From Eubacteriales bacterium (GTDB taxonomy: Bacteria; Bacillota; Clostridia; Oscillospirales; CAG-382), in contig JAZNPH010000010.1 of assembly GCA_045589515.1 (NCBI GenBank), positions 4,719 through 68,718 of the forward strand: a stretch of DNA of 64,000 nt. Direction: 5' to 3'. The notes below the pieces were generated by a model. That model did no database searches. It saw only the letters and a list, made by a program, of their open reading frames with translations, and had not been told where the DNA came from. The translations under genes were made by a program, and so were the position numbers. Numbering within the stretch: position 1 is the stretch's first letter; each line of letters begins with the position of its first letter. Positions 37,153-47,961 of this stretch are shown here, piece after piece.

Positions 37153-38512
37153 TCGGCCCCAGTCTGACTTCCGCAACAGTGCCTTCTCCCACAGCGGAGC
37201 GGAACTCCAACACCGCACCGTGGGCGCTTGCGATCTTGGCACACAGGGAAAGCCCCAGCCCTGTGCCTCCCTCACTGCGGGAGCGGGATCTGTCCGTGCG
37301 GTAAAAGGGCTCCGTGATGCGGGCAAGCTGTTCGCCTGTCATTCCTGCGCCGTTGTCGGTAACGGAAAGGAGAATCCCTCCTTCCTCCTCGCGGCAGGCC
37401 AGGGTCACCCTTCCGTCCTGCTTTTGCCTGCAGGCCTTCATGGCGTTTTCCGCCAGGTTGGAAAGTAACATTTCCATCAGCAGAGGGTCGCAAAAAGCCG
37501 TGACTTCCCGGGTCTCTACGGAAAGCTTTACCCCAAGGGCTTCCGCCTTGGGCAACAGCATTTTTTCCACGCCCCGAAGCAAGTCTCTCAAGGGTGTTTC
37601 CTCACCGCAAATACCGTTTTCACGGATAAAGGCCTCGTCCAAAAGCCGTTCCGCAATTTTTTCCAGCCGCTCTGCCTGGGAGATGATGTAATCTGCCGCC
37701 TCCAGCTTCTCTTCCTCGGGGATGTTGGCGATCTGCAGGAACTCCGCGTATCCCCGGATGGAGGTAAGCGGGGTTCGCATTTCGTGGGCAAGATCGTCCA
37801 GCATCCGTTGCTTGATGGCGGCGCTTTCCTCCAAACGACGGGTGTGATCCTCCACGTGCTGTGCCATACGGTTGAAATCCTTTCCCAACAGAGAGAATTC
37901 GTCCTTCCCGGTATCGGGGGCACGGACGGCAAAATTTCCTTTGGTCATCTCCTCGGCCACCGCCCGCAAACGCTCCAAGGGGAAGGCCAGCTTCCGCAAC
38001 ACCAAGAACAAGCAAAGGGCCAAAAACAGGGAGGCCAGCAGGGAAACGGGAACGAAGACCGCCGCCAAACGGCTGAAATCCCGGTCCAAATACCTGATGT
38101 CCTTGGCGTAGACCAGGGCGATCTCCCCCTTCTCCAATACTTGGGAGATGAGGTAGTAACGGCCGTCCTCCGTGCGTTGCTCTTTGGTATGCTCCGCCTT
38201 GGGGGGCGTCAACCCCGCAGGCAGGGTGGAGACCGCCTCTCCCTCCGGAAAGGTAAAGGAGAGATAGATCCCCTTCTTTTGGTAAAATGTGCCGTAGGAT
38301 TCCATCACCCGTTTTATGCTTTCTTCTCGGGAAAGGTAGGCGATATCGTTGGAGAAGGCCTCCGCGATCACCTTTTCCTCCGCGGCGGCTATTTCCTTGG
38401 CGGCGGACACGTTGTTTTCGTAGGTGTAAACGGCAAGGGAAAAGATGCCTGCATTCAGGATCACCAAAAACAGCACCAGAGTCACTAAGTACGTTTTCTC
38501 TCTGAATTTCAT
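37133..38512 (-). CDS. Sensor histidine kinase (two TM helices, periplasmic-type sensor, HAMP, HisKA, HATPase)
   Basis: H-box LAHEMRTPLTSIRGYAEF, N-box LSNLAENA, G-boxes DNGAGM and GGTGLGLS. GGGAGG RBS. Confidence 0.9.
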   Translation of the reverse strand: MKFREKTYLVTLVLFLVILNAGIFSLAVYTYENNVSAAKEIAAAEEKVIAEAFSNDIAYLSREESIKRVMESYGTFYQKKGIYLSFTFPEGEAVSTLPAGLTPPKAEHTKEQRTEDGRYYLISQVLEKGEIALVYAKDIRYLDRDFSRLAAVFVPVSLLASLFLALCLFLVLRKLAFPLERLRAVAEEMTKGNFAVRAPDTGKDEFSLLGKDFNRMAQHVEDHTRRLEESAAIKQRMLDDLAHEMRTPLTSIRGYAEFLQIANIPEEEKLEAADYIISQAERLEKIAERLLDEAFIRENGICGEETPLRDLLRGVEKMLLPKAEALGVKLSVETREVTAFCDPLLMEMLLSNLAENAMKACRQKQDGRVTLACREEEGGILLSVTDNGAGMTGEQLARITEPFYRTDRSRSRSEGGTGLGLSLCAKIASAHGAVLEFRSAVGEGTVAEVRLGPKNLTNP

Positions 38513-38523
38513 GGCCCGCCTCC

Positions 38524-39189
38524 CTACGTCAATTCAAACCGATACCCCATTTTGTACAGGGTCTTCAAGCGGTCCTTCAAGTCCAGCTTGGCGCGGATCT
38601 GGCGGATGTGTACGTCCACGGTGCGGGATTCCCCCTCGTAGCCGTATCCCCACACCAAGGCCAACAGCTTTTCTCTGGAAAGTACGATGTTTCGGTTCAG
38701 AATCAAGGTCTCCAAAAGGAAGTATTCTTTGGGGGTGAGTACCACCTCAATCCCTTTGCGGAACACTTTTTTGGAGGAAAACCGCACTTCGATATCGTCA
38801 AAAAACAGACTTTCCTCCTCCTTCATGGTGCGCCGCAGAACCGCCTGCACCCGCAACAGCAGCTCTCTCAGCACGAAGGGCTTGGAGATGTAATCGTCCG
38901 CCCCCAGGGACAGCCCCTTCAAGCGGTCGTCAATGCTTTCCTTTGCGGTCAAAAAGATCACGGGCGTGGGTCTCTTCATGCGGCTTCTTACCAGCTCCAG
39001 CAGTTCAAACCCGTCCTTCCCCGGGAGCATCACGTCAAACACCATGAGATCAAAGGGATTCTCCATGATGATCTCCGCGGCCTCGTTTCCATCGGATGCC
39101 TCCATGCAGGTGTGTCCCATCAGCTCCAGATTCCGTTTGATCAGATTACGGATGGGCTTTTCGTCTTCCACGATGAGTATTTTTGCCAT
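38524..39189 (-). CDS. OmpR/PhoB-family response regulator
   Basis: Receiver domain (ILIVEDE...DLMVFDVMLPGKDG...TAK) plus a winged-helix output domain (LTPKEYFLLE...RTVDVHIRQIRAKL...GYRF). Confidence 0.93.
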   Translation of the reverse strand: MAKILIVEDEKPIRNLIKRNLELMGHTCMEASDGNEAAEIIMENPFDLMVFDVMLPGKDGFELLELVRSRMKRPTPVIFLTAKESIDDRLKGLSLGADDYISKPFVLRELLLRVQAVLRRTMKEEESLFFDDIEVRFSSKKVFRKGIEVVLTPKEYFLLETLILNRNIVLSREKLLALVWGYGYEGESRTVDVHIRQIRAKLDLKDRLKTLYKMGYRFELT

Positions 39190-39210
39190 GCATTCGCCTC
39201 CTTTGGGTAG

Positions 39211-39247
39211 ATTCTACACCTTAAATGTTTTGGATTTGTTATGGAAA
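39211..39247 (-). promoter_or_regulatory. Putative autoregulated promoter of the two-component operon: two 11-bp direct repeats 9 nt upstream of a -10 hexamer
   Basis: The + strand reads TGTTTTGGATT|TGTTATGGAAA (39226-39247). ATTCTA (39211-39216) equals TAGAAT on the coding strand. Box-to-hexamer spacing is the same as at 37094-37152. Confidence 0.5.
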
Positions 39248-39289
39248 CAGGATACCATGAAATATTTTTTTCTGTCAAGCTTTTTTTTC

Positions 39290-39318
39290 TTGCCATGGAA
39301 AGAAAAATGTGGTAAACT
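39290..39318 (+). promoter_or_regulatory. Sigma-A promoter of the deo/nucleoside operon
   Basis: TTGCCA, 17 nt, TGgTAAACT (hexamer 39313-39318). Confidence 0.5.
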
Positions 39319-39350
39319 ATAAAAAAGTATGTAAAGGAGCGTAATTGATT

Positions 39351-40028
39351 ATGGAACTGAAGGAGCTTCTTTCCCACGTGGATCATACCCTTTTGGCGGT
39401 GGATTGCACCTGGGAGCAGATCAAAACCATCTGTGACGACGGCATGACCTACGGCACGGCCTCCGTCTGTATTCCCGCCGCTTTCGTCAAGCGTGCCAAG
39501 GCCTACGTGGGGGACCGCCTTGCCATCTGTACCGTCATCGGCTTCCCCAACGGCTATTCCACCCCCGAGGCAAAGGCCTACGAGGCCTTCGACGCCGTGC
39601 AGAACGGTGCCGACGAGATCGATATGGTGATCCACGTGGGCGCCTTGAAGGAAGGGCTGGACGACCAAGTGGAGGAAGAGATCCGTTTGGTAAAAAAGCA
39701 TTGCGACGGCAAGATCTTAAAGGTGATCATCGAGACCTGTCTCCTCACCCGGGAAGAAAAGATCCGTATGTGCGGCATCGTCTCCCGTGCAGGAGCGGAT
39801 TATATCAAGACCTCCACAGGCTTCTCCAAGGGCGGAGCCACCCGTGAGGACGTTGCTTTGATGAAAGCGCACGTTGCCCCCCACGTGAAGGTGAAGGCCG
39901 CAGGAGGCATTTCCTCCCTGCAGGACGCAGAAGACTTTTTAGCCCTGGGCGCCGACAGATTGGGCACCAGCAGAATCGTAAAGATCGTAAAGGAGAACAA
40001 TAATGACCTACCCGACACCTCATATTAA
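39351..40028 (+). CDS. deoC: Deoxyribose-phosphate aldolase
   Basis: VDHTLL N-terminus and the Schiff-base lysine context [12 protein letters not shown] 39351 is preferred; a TTG at 39345 is also possible. AAAGGAG RBS. Confidence 0.92.
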   Translation: MELKELLSHVDHTLLAVDCTWEQIKTICDDGMTYGTASVCIPAAFVKRAKAYVGDRLAICTVIGFPNGYSTPEAKAYEAFDAVQNGADEIDMVIHVGALKEGLDDQVEEEIRLVKKHCDGKILKVIIETCLLTREEKIRMCGIVSRAGADYIKTSTGFSKGGATREDVALMKAHVAPHVKVKAAGGISSLQDAEDFLALGADRLGTSRIVKIVKENNNDLPDTSY

Positions 40029-40730
40029 AGCCACCCCCGAGCAGTTCGGCAAGACCGTTCTCATGCCCGGCGATCCCAACCGCTCCCGCTTCATTGCGGA
40101 GAATTTCTTAAAGGACGCCGTTCTGGTGAACAACGTCCGCGGCGTGCAGGGCTACACCGGCTTCTATAAGGATACTCCCGTTTCCGTTATGGCCAGCGGC
40201 ATGGGGATGCCCTCCATCGGCATCTATTCCCACGAGCTGTTCAACGCCTTCGACGTGGACAACATCATCCGCGTAGGCAGTGCGGGAAGCATCCAGAAGG
40301 ACGTGAAGGTGATGGATGTGATCATCGGCATGGGTGCCTGCACCGATTCCAATTTCGGTATGCAGTTCCGCCTCCCCGGCACCTTCGCCCCCATTGCGGA
40401 CTTTGGCCTGCTTTCCAAGTGCGTGGAAAAGGCCAAGGCTCTGAACATGGACAACTACCACGTGGGTAACGTGCTGTCCTCCGACCTGTTCTATGAGGAC
40501 AACCTGAACCTCCCCGGCTATATGCAGTCCGTGGAGCTTTGGGGCAAGATGGGGGTTCTGGCCTTTGAAATGGAATCCGCCGCCCTGTATATGAACGCCG
40601 CCCGCTACGGCAAGCACGCCCTGGGCATCTTCACCGTGTCCAACCATATCCTCACCGGGGAGGATCTCACCCCCGAGCAGAGGGAGACCACCTTTACGGA
40701 TATGATCACCCTGGCTTTGGAAACTGCCGT

Positions 40731-40734
<4 letters not shown>
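40003..40734 (+). CDS. deoD: Purine nucleoside phosphorylase (hexameric DeoD type)
   Basis: TPHI...LMPGDPNR...SGMGMPS...FEMESAAL. Overlaps the deoC 3' end by 26 nt. Confidence 0.93.
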
Positions 40735-41891
<1,157 letters not shown>

Positions 41892-41892
41892 T

Positions 41893-42276
41893 ATGACCGA
41901 TCAACAGCTTTTAACCCTTGCGGGGGAGGCGCGGACTCACGCCTACACCCCCTACTCCCATTTTGCCGTGGGTGCGGCCTTGCTGTGTAAGGACGGCACC
42001 GTCTACACAGGCTGTAACATTGAAAACGCCGCCTTTACCCCCACGGTCTGCGCAGAACGCACCGCCTTCTTCAAGGCCATCTACGATGGCAAGCGGGAGT
42101 TTACCGCCATCGCCGTGGTGGGCGGCAAAGAGGGCACTCCCGACGGAACTGCCTTCCCCTGCGGTGTCTGCCGTCAGGTCATGGCGGAATTCTGCAAAGA
42201 GGAGTTCCGTATCATCACCCCCGAGGGTAGCTATTCCTTCGGGGAGATCCTGCCCCACGCCTTCGGAGGCTTTTGA
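41893..42276 (+). CDS. cdd: Cytidine deaminase
   Basis: CAERTA and PCGVCRQ zinc motifs. The start is ATG 41893; the 368-aa ORF-track entry is an out-of-frame run through deoB fused to this gene. Confidence 0.93.
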   Translation: MTDQQLLTLAGEARTHAYTPYSHFAVGAALLCKDGTVYTGCNIENAAFTPTVCAERTAFFKAIYDGKREFTAIAVVGGKEGTPDGTAFPCGVCRQVMAEFCKEEFRIITPEGSYSFGEILPHAFGGF

Positions 42277-42326
42277 TTTCTTCGTGTCTCTCTGAGCGAA
42301 AAGGGTGTTAGAAAGGATTTTTGACT

Positions 42327-43625
42327 ATGTACCGTATGTACGACATCATCATCAAAAAGAAGCACGGCGAGCCCCTTACGGAAGGGGAGATCCGCTTCTT
42401 TGTGGAAGGCTATACCAATGGCACCATCCCCCACGAGCAGGCCTCGGCCTTGTGCATGGCCATCTGCTTCCGCGGCATGACCATGGAGGAGACAGCTATC
42501 CTCACCGACGCCATGGCAAACTCCGGGGATACGGTGGATCTTTCCCCCTTTGGAGACCTTTCCGTGGATAAGCACAGCACAGGCGGAGTGGGGGATAAGA
42601 CCACCCTGATCCTTGCCCCCTTGGTGGCTTGCCTTGGAGGCAAGGTGGCAAAAATGTCCGGCAGAGGGCTGGGACACACCGGTGGCACGGTGGATAAATT
42701 GGAATCCATCCCAGGCTACCGCACTTCCCTTTCCCCCGAGGAGTTTTTTGAAATTTCCGACCGCGTAGGGGTCTGCGTGGTGGGGCAAAGCGGCGTGCTT
42801 GCTCCTGCGGACAAAAAGCTGTACGCCCTGCGGGACGTGACTGCTACCGTGGACTGTATGCCCCTCATCGCTTCCTCCATTATGAGCAAGAAATTGGCGG
42901 GTGGCGCCAAGTCCATTGTCTTAGACGTAAAATGCGGCAGCGGTGCCTTTATGAAGACGCCCGAAGCGGCGGCAGAGCTGGCAGACGCTATGGTGCAGGT
43001 GGGACAGGCTTGCGGCAGAAACGTCCGCGCCCTCATCACCAATATGGACGTTCCTTTGGGCACCCACATCGGCAACGCCCTGGAGGTCAAGGAAGCGGTT
43101 GCCGTATTGCGGGGAGAACAGCAAGACGACCTTTACCGTGTGTGCATCGCCTTGGCGTCCAATATGCTCTCCCTTTGTATGGGCTGGAGCTTGGAAGAAG
43201 CGGAAAACAAGTGTGTGGAGGCCATCCGTGACGGCAGAGCCTACCGCAAGCTGTTGGAATGGATCGCCGCCCAGGGCGGGGATACCGCCGTTTTGGAGGA
43301 TCTTTCCCTGTTGCCTGTGTCCCCCGTGTGCTACGCTCTGGTTTCCAAGGAGGAAGGCTACCTTGCCCATATGGAGACCGACGGCATCGGCACGGCGGCT
43401 TGTCTGCTGGGTGCGGGCAGAGCCAAGAAGGAGGACACCATCGACCCTGCGGCAGGCATCGTCCTTTGTGCCAAGGTGGGGGACTACGTCAAGGCAGGGG
43501 AGACCCTGGCCTACCTGCACACAAGGGAGGAAGCCTTGCTTCCCGCCGCAGAAAGGGCGTTCCTTGCAAGCCTCACCTATTCTTCCGCCCGCCCCGATGA
43601 AAAACCGCTTATTTTTATGCGGTAA
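42327..43625 (+). CDS. pdp: Pyrimidine-nucleoside phosphorylase
   Basis: MYRMYDIIIKKKHGE...DKHSTGGVGDK...SGRGLGHTGGT. ATG 42327 lies 9 nt after GAAAGGA; the ORF-track start at 42321 is a TTG. Confidence 0.93.
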   Translation: MYRMYDIIIKKKHGEPLTEGEIRFFVEGYTNGTIPHEQASALCMAICFRGMTMEETAILTDAMANSGDTVDLSPFGDLSVDKHSTGGVGDKTTLILAPLVACLGGKVAKMSGRGLGHTGGTVDKLESIPGYRTSLSPEEFFEISDRVGVCVVGQSGVLAPADKKLYALRDVTATVDCMPLIASSIMSKKLAGGAKSIVLDVKCGSGAFMKTPEAAAELADAMVQVGQACGRNVRALITNMDVPLGTHIGNALEVKEAVAVLRGEQQDDLYRVCIALASNMLSLCMGWSLEEAENKCVEAIRDGRAYRKLLEWIAAQGGDTAVLEDLSLLPVSPVCYALVSKEEGYLAHMETDGIGTAACLLGAGRAKKEDTIDPAAGIVLCAKVGDYVKAGETLAYLHTREEALLPAAERAFLASLTYSSARPDEKPLIFMR

Positions 43626-43659
43626 ATCAAAAGGCGAGAGGAATTCTACTGTAAGTTTA

Positions 43660-43688
43660 TTGACAAACGGGCAGAAATCGTGTATACT
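43660..43688 (+). promoter_or_regulatory. Sigma-A promoter
   Basis: TTGACA, 17 nt, TATACT (43683-43688). Confidence 0.6.
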
Positions 43689-43720
43689 GCTTTCAGTCAA
43701 AAGCAAGAAAGGGTACTATC

Positions 43721-44416
43721 ATGAATTACAAGAACAATACTCGGTATTTTACCAAAGAGAATATCGGTAAGCTTTCCATCGCCTGTTGGGTCTGCGTGGC
43801 AGTAGGTCTGCTGGTGTACTTTGCATTGGGCTGGCCCTGGAAGTATTTCGGTGCCGTGTTTGCCCTGATCTCTGTGGTGGTGGCTATCGTGACCTCTACC
43901 ATGTCCGTCAGCGATAAGGAATATACCGCCTCCGTGGTGAACGCAGAGAACGCCTTCAAAAAGGATTTTCGTGCCTTCACCGAGGAAAAGCTCAACGCCC
44001 ACAACGGCAGAGGCAAGGCACCCGTCTCTCTGGACGAGGAGAAGATCAAGTTCGCCCGCGCCTATTTGCTGGAAGGTCAGATCATGTTCCGCGTAGGTCA
44101 CGACGGCAGACGCCGCAGTAACAAGCTGGTGATGACCGCCTTCTACATGGATAAGACCGCCGTCTACCTTGGCTACCGTCTCCTGTCCATGACCGCCGAC
44201 GAGTGTGAGGAGATCTTCGCCGTTTATCCCTATTCTTCCGTGGAAAGCATTTCCGCTTCCCGCCCCGAGGAGCGCCCCTCCTTTGCGGAGTACGATACCG
44301 TAACTTTGAAGCTGAAGAACAAGGCCGAGCCTGTGGTCTTCCACATGACCAAGGACATCGAGCTGGATCACTTGGTGGACATCGTTTCCTCCCGCATTAC
44401 CAAGGACGAAGAGTAA
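43721..44416 (+). CDS. Hypothetical membrane protein (two N-terminal TM helices plus a ~170-aa cytoplasmic domain)
   Basis: Own promoter and terminator and coding-like composition. No motif recognised. Confidence 0.55.
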   Translation: MNYKNNTRYFTKENIGKLSIACWVCVAVGLLVYFALGWPWKYFGAVFALISVVVAIVTSTMSVSDKEYTASVVNAENAFKKDFRAFTEEKLNAHNGRGKAPVSLDEEKIKFARAYLLEGQIMFRVGHDGRRRSNKLVMTAFYMDKTAVYLGYRLLSMTADECEEIFAVYPYSSVESISASRPEERPSFAEYDTVTLKLKNKAEPVVFHMTKDIELDHLVDIVSSRITKDEE

Positions 44417-44422
44417 AGAAAC

Positions 44423-44452
44423 AAAAAAGAGCTGACCTTCAGCTCTTTTTTT
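44423..44452 (+). terminator. Intrinsic terminator
   Basis: AGAGCTG-ACCTT-CAGCTCT followed by T6. Confidence 0.8.
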
Positions 44453-44457
44453 ATTTC

Positions 44458-44537
44458 CCAAAAACGTCAGTTTTTGGAATTCAATTTTCTTGGGAGTTTT
44501 TAAGAACCTTTCTTTTTTTAAAAGAAAGGTTCTTAAG
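44458..44537 (+). repeat. Composite intergenic repeat, copy 4
   Basis: Hairpin A is CCAAAAAC-GTCA-GTTTTTGG (44458-44477). The linker is AATTCAATTTTCTTGGGAGTTT. Hairpin B is TTAAGAACCTTTCTTTT/AAAAGAAAGGTTCTTAA (44500-44536). It lies between convergent genes. Confidence 0.8.
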
Positions 44538-44554
44538 CGTTCTTAAACGTTCTC

Positions 44555-45355
44555 CTATATCCTGACATCCAGCCGTTTCAGCTTTTCCAAAAGGGCGGCG
44601 TCGCCGTCCTCGCCCTCCTCACCGTGCTCGATCTCACGGCGAATGGCCAGCATCCGTGCATCCGTCTCTGCCAGCATTTCCGCGCAGACCAATAGCTCTG
44701 CGGCAATCCGTTCCTCCTCGGGAAGATCCTGCTTGTACCGCAATTGATGCTCCAAACTTGCCCAGCAATCCATAGCGATGGTGCGGATCTGTACCTCCAC
44801 CTTCACCTTGTGAGTGGCGTTAGCGAAGAACACGGGAATGCGGATAATGAGATGTAAACTGCGGTACCCGTTGGCCTTGGGGGAGAGAATGTAGTCCTTC
44901 TGCTCCAAAAGCTCCACGTCGTTTTGCCGCAAAAGCGCTTCCGCAATTTGGTAAATATCGTCGCGGTAGGAGCAGATCACCCGTACCCCTGCCACGTCGT
45001 GAAGACAATTCTCCACAGCTGCCAGGGTCAGGGGTACGCCCAACCGCTCTAACTTCCCCACGATGCTGGAGGGGCGCTTCAAGCGGGTGTTGATGCAGTA
45101 AATGGGGTTGCGGCGATACCGCACGGAAAACTCGGTGTTCAATACGTCGAATTTGGTCTGTACTTCCTTGATAGCGCAGGTGTACACCATCATCAGCTCC
45201 TTAAAGCCCACCAAATGCTCCGCCGCCAGACGCATTTGCGATTCCAGCTGTTCGGGAACGGGGTGGCTGGGTGCCAAGGAATGTCCGTCTGTGTAGGCGG
45301 CTTGTACCCCTTCTGATGTCAATAGGTTTTCCAATTGTTCTTTCATATTCTGCAT
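44555..45355 (-). CDS. Small alarmone synthetase (RelA/SpoT-domain GTP pyrophosphokinase, RelQ/RelP-like)
   Basis: Synthetase-domain blocks (RLKRPSSIVGKLER, DVAGVRVIC, GYRSLHLII, EVQIRTIAMDCWASLEH). ATG 45355 lies 9 nt after GAAAGGA; the ORF-track start at 45361 is a GTG. Confidence 0.85.
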   Translation of the reverse strand: MQNMKEQLENLLTSEGVQAAYTDGHSLAPSHPVPEQLESQMRLAAEHLVGFKELMMVYTCAIKEVQTKFDVLNTEFSVRYRRNPIYCINTRLKRPSSIVGKLERLGVPLTLAAVENCLHDVAGVRVICSYRDDIYQIAEALLRQNDVELLEQKDYILSPKANGYRSLHLIIRIPVFFANATHKVKVEVQIRTIAMDCWASLEHQLRYKQDLPEEERIAAELLVCAEMLAETDARMLAIRREIEHGEEGEDGDAALLEKLKRLDVRI

Positions 45356-45431
45356 AGCCACACATCCTTTCGGTACCTACAGGATACAATTTTTTGAGAT
45401 GAAAAACAAGGAACTTTTTATGAACGTTTTG

Positions 45432-47930
45432 TCAATAGACGTTTGTCACCCGGTAGCCCGCCTTTTCCACGGCGGCACGGAGAGCACCTTCCGTCACGGC
45501 GGGGGAGACCTTCACCAAAGCGATCCCCTTCAGGTTGCTCACCTCCAAAACCTCCACGCCGTCAATTGCCTCCAAGGCAGTTCGCACCCTGCCCTCGCAG
45601 TGGCCGCACATCATACCCTTGATAGAGATGGTCTTATCTACAGGAAGGACCACCTCACAGTAGGCGGTTTTTTTAGTTTTTACTTTCTTCGGCTTCCGCT
45701 TGTGATCGTGCTTGGAGTCGTAAAGAGAGCCCAGATTCAGCCGTAATGCGTTGGTCACCACGCAGAAGCTGGAAAGACTCATGGCCGCCGCCCCGAACAT
45801 GGGCTCCAGCTCCCAGCCGAACAGGGGGATCCAGACCCCCGCCGCCAGGGGGATTCCCACGACGTTGTAGAAGAAGGCCCAGAACAGATTCTCGCGGATG
45901 TTGGTTAGCACCCGTCTGCCCAAACGCACCGCGGCGGGAAGATCCGCCATGCGGGAGCGTACCAGCACCACGTCCGCCGCCTCGATGGCAACGTCCGTCC
46001 CTGCGCCGATAGCAATGCCAAGATCCGCACGGGTGAGGGCAGGGGCGTCGTTGATACCGTCGCCTACCATGGCCACCCTGCCTTCCGCGGAAAGATTGCG
46101 GAGCTTTTCTTCCTTATCTCCGGGAAGCAAACCTGCAAAAACGGTATCCACCCCTGCCTGTTTGCCGATGGCATCCGCCGTCTTTTGATGGTCGCCTGTG
46201 AGCATCACCACCCGGATGCCCATGGCCTTGAGTTGCTTTACTGCCTCCACGGCATCTTCCTTCAAAACGTCCGCCAATGCCAGAATGCCCACCAAATCTC
46301 CGTCACAGCCGAAGAACAGGGGCGTCTTGCCCTCCTCTGCCAGCTTGTCTGCCAGGGCGATAGCTTCTTCCGTCATCACGGCGTAATCTGCCATCATGGC
46401 GGCGTTGCCTGCGGCACAGACAGAATCCTCCACCATGGCGGAAACGCCGTTCCCCGGGTGGACCTTGAATTCCTTGGTATCCTTTACGGGAACGCCGTGG
46501 TCCCCGCAATATCCCACAATGGCTTTCGCCAAGGGGTGCTCGCTCTTCTGCTCCAAAGCGCAAGCCAAGGAAAGCAGATCCTCACGGGTAAAGCCTTCCA
46601 TGGGCAGCACGTCCGTCACGGCAGGGGTCCCCTTGGTGAGGGTACCCGTCTTGTCCAAGGCTACGATCTCCACTCTCCCCGCACCCTCCAAAGCGGCGGC
46701 GGTCTTAAAGAGAATGCCGTTTTTTGCACCCTTGCCGTTGCCCACCATAATGGCAACGGGAGTGGCAAGCCCCAAAGCGCAGGGACAGCTGATCACCAGC
46801 ACGGAAATGCCTCTCGCCAAAGCAAAGCCCACGTCCTTACCGCAAAGCATCCAGATCCCCACCGTCAAAGCGGCAATGGCCAGCACCACGGGCACAAAGA
46901 TTCCCGAGACTTTGTCCGCAAGCTTGGCAATGGGCGCCTTGGTGGCGGCGGCATCGCTGACCATGCGGATGATCTGAGAAAGGGTGGTGTCCTCTCCCAC
47001 ACGGGTGGCTCTGCACACAGCGTACCCGCTTTTGCAGACGGTGGCGGCGGAAACGGTATGCCCCGCCTCCTTATCCACAGGCAGACTTTCCCCTGTAAGG
47101 GCGGATTCGTCCACGGAAAGAGAACCCTCCAGAATCTCCCCGTCGGTGGGGATGCTGTCCCCGGAGCGGATCACAAAGCGGTCTCCCGCCTTCACAGCGG
47201 AAATCTCCACGGTGTGTTCCTTGCCGTCCTTGTCCAGGATCACCGCCGTCTTGGGGGCGAGCTGCATGAGCTGCTTCAAGGCGTCGGTGGTCTTGCCCTT
47301 ACTGCGGGCTTCCAACAGCTTCCCCAGGGTGATGAGAGTGAGGATCATCCCCGCGGATTCAAAATAGAAATGCCCGCCCTCCCCGCTCTGCAGGACGGCA
47401 AACAGCACCGCCGTGCTGTAAAGGAACGCTGCTCCCGCACCCAGGGATACCAGGGTATCCATGTTGGGCGCACCCCGCAGAAGACCCGCCGTACCGCTGA
47501 TAAAGAATTTTTGGTTGATCACCATCACCGTGCCTGCCAAAAGAAGCTGTGCCAGCCCATTTGCGGCAGGAGACTCCAAAAATGCAGGCAAGGGGAAGTG
47601 CCACATCATGTGCCCCATGGAAAGGTACATCAAAGGCAACAAAAAGCAAAGGGACACCAACAGCCGCTTTACCAAGCCCGCGGTCTCGCTTCCCGTCTCT
47701 TGGGGCTTCTCTTCGGCCTTCCCTGCGGGAGAAGCGGAATACCCCGCCTTCTTCACCGCGTCGCAGACCGCTTTTTCGCTTGCAGTGCCAGTGACCTGCA
47801 TGGAGTTTGTCAGCAAGCTTACCGCTACGCTTTCCACGCCCTTCACCGCCCTTACCGCCTTTTCCACGTGGGCAGAGCAAGCGGCACAGGTCATTCCCGT
47901 CACACGGTATTGGGTTCTTTTCTCTGCCAT
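45432..47930 (-). CDS. copA: Copper-translocating P1B-type ATPase with N- and C-terminal HMA domains
   Basis: N-terminal GMTCAACS; CPC in TM6 (SCPCALGLATP); DKTGTLT; GDGINDAP. A second HMA domain (GMMCGHCEGRV) occupies the last ~70 aa. Confidence 0.93.
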   Translation of the reverse strand: MAEKRTQYRVTGMTCAACSAHVEKAVRAVKGVESVAVSLLTNSMQVTGTASEKAVCDAVKKAGYSASPAGKAEEKPQETGSETAGLVKRLLVSLCFLLPLMYLSMGHMMWHFPLPAFLESPAANGLAQLLLAGTVMVINQKFFISGTAGLLRGAPNMDTLVSLGAGAAFLYSTAVLFAVLQSGEGGHFYFESAGMILTLITLGKLLEARSKGKTTDALKQLMQLAPKTAVILDKDGKEHTVEISAVKAGDRFVIRSGDSIPTDGEILEGSLSVDESALTGESLPVDKEAGHTVSAATVCKSGYAVCRATRVGEDTTLSQIIRMVSDAAATKAPIAKLADKVSGIFVPVVLAIAALTVGIWMLCGKDVGFALARGISVLVISCPCALGLATPVAIMVGNGKGAKNGILFKTAAALEGAGRVEIVALDKTGTLTKGTPAVTDVLPMEGFTREDLLSLACALEQKSEHPLAKAIVGYCGDHGVPVKDTKEFKVHPGNGVSAMVEDSVCAAGNAAMMADYAVMTEEAIALADKLAEEGKTPLFFGCDGDLVGILALADVLKEDAVEAVKQLKAMGIRVVMLTGDHQKTADAIGKQAGVDTVFAGLLPGDKEEKLRNLSAEGRVAMVGDGINDAPALTRADLGIAIGAGTDVAIEAADVVLVRSRMADLPAAVRLGRRVLTNIRENLFWAFFYNVVGIPLAAGVWIPLFGWELEPMFGAAAMSLSSFCVVTNALRLNLGSLYDSKHDHKRKPKKVKTKKTAYCEVVLPVDKTISIKGMMCGHCEGRVRTALEAIDGVEVLEVSNLKGIALVKVSPAVTEGALRAAVEKAGYRVTNVY

Positions 47931-47961
47931 AAAAAACACTCCTGTTCTCATTTTCCCCTTT

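Noticed and set aside
37009-37326. N-terminal 106-codon extension of the 35737-37326 ORF
   Set aside because: It would overlap the 3' end of the histidine-kinase gene in another frame. A signal-anchor start MKAKKILW with a good RBS lies at 37008.
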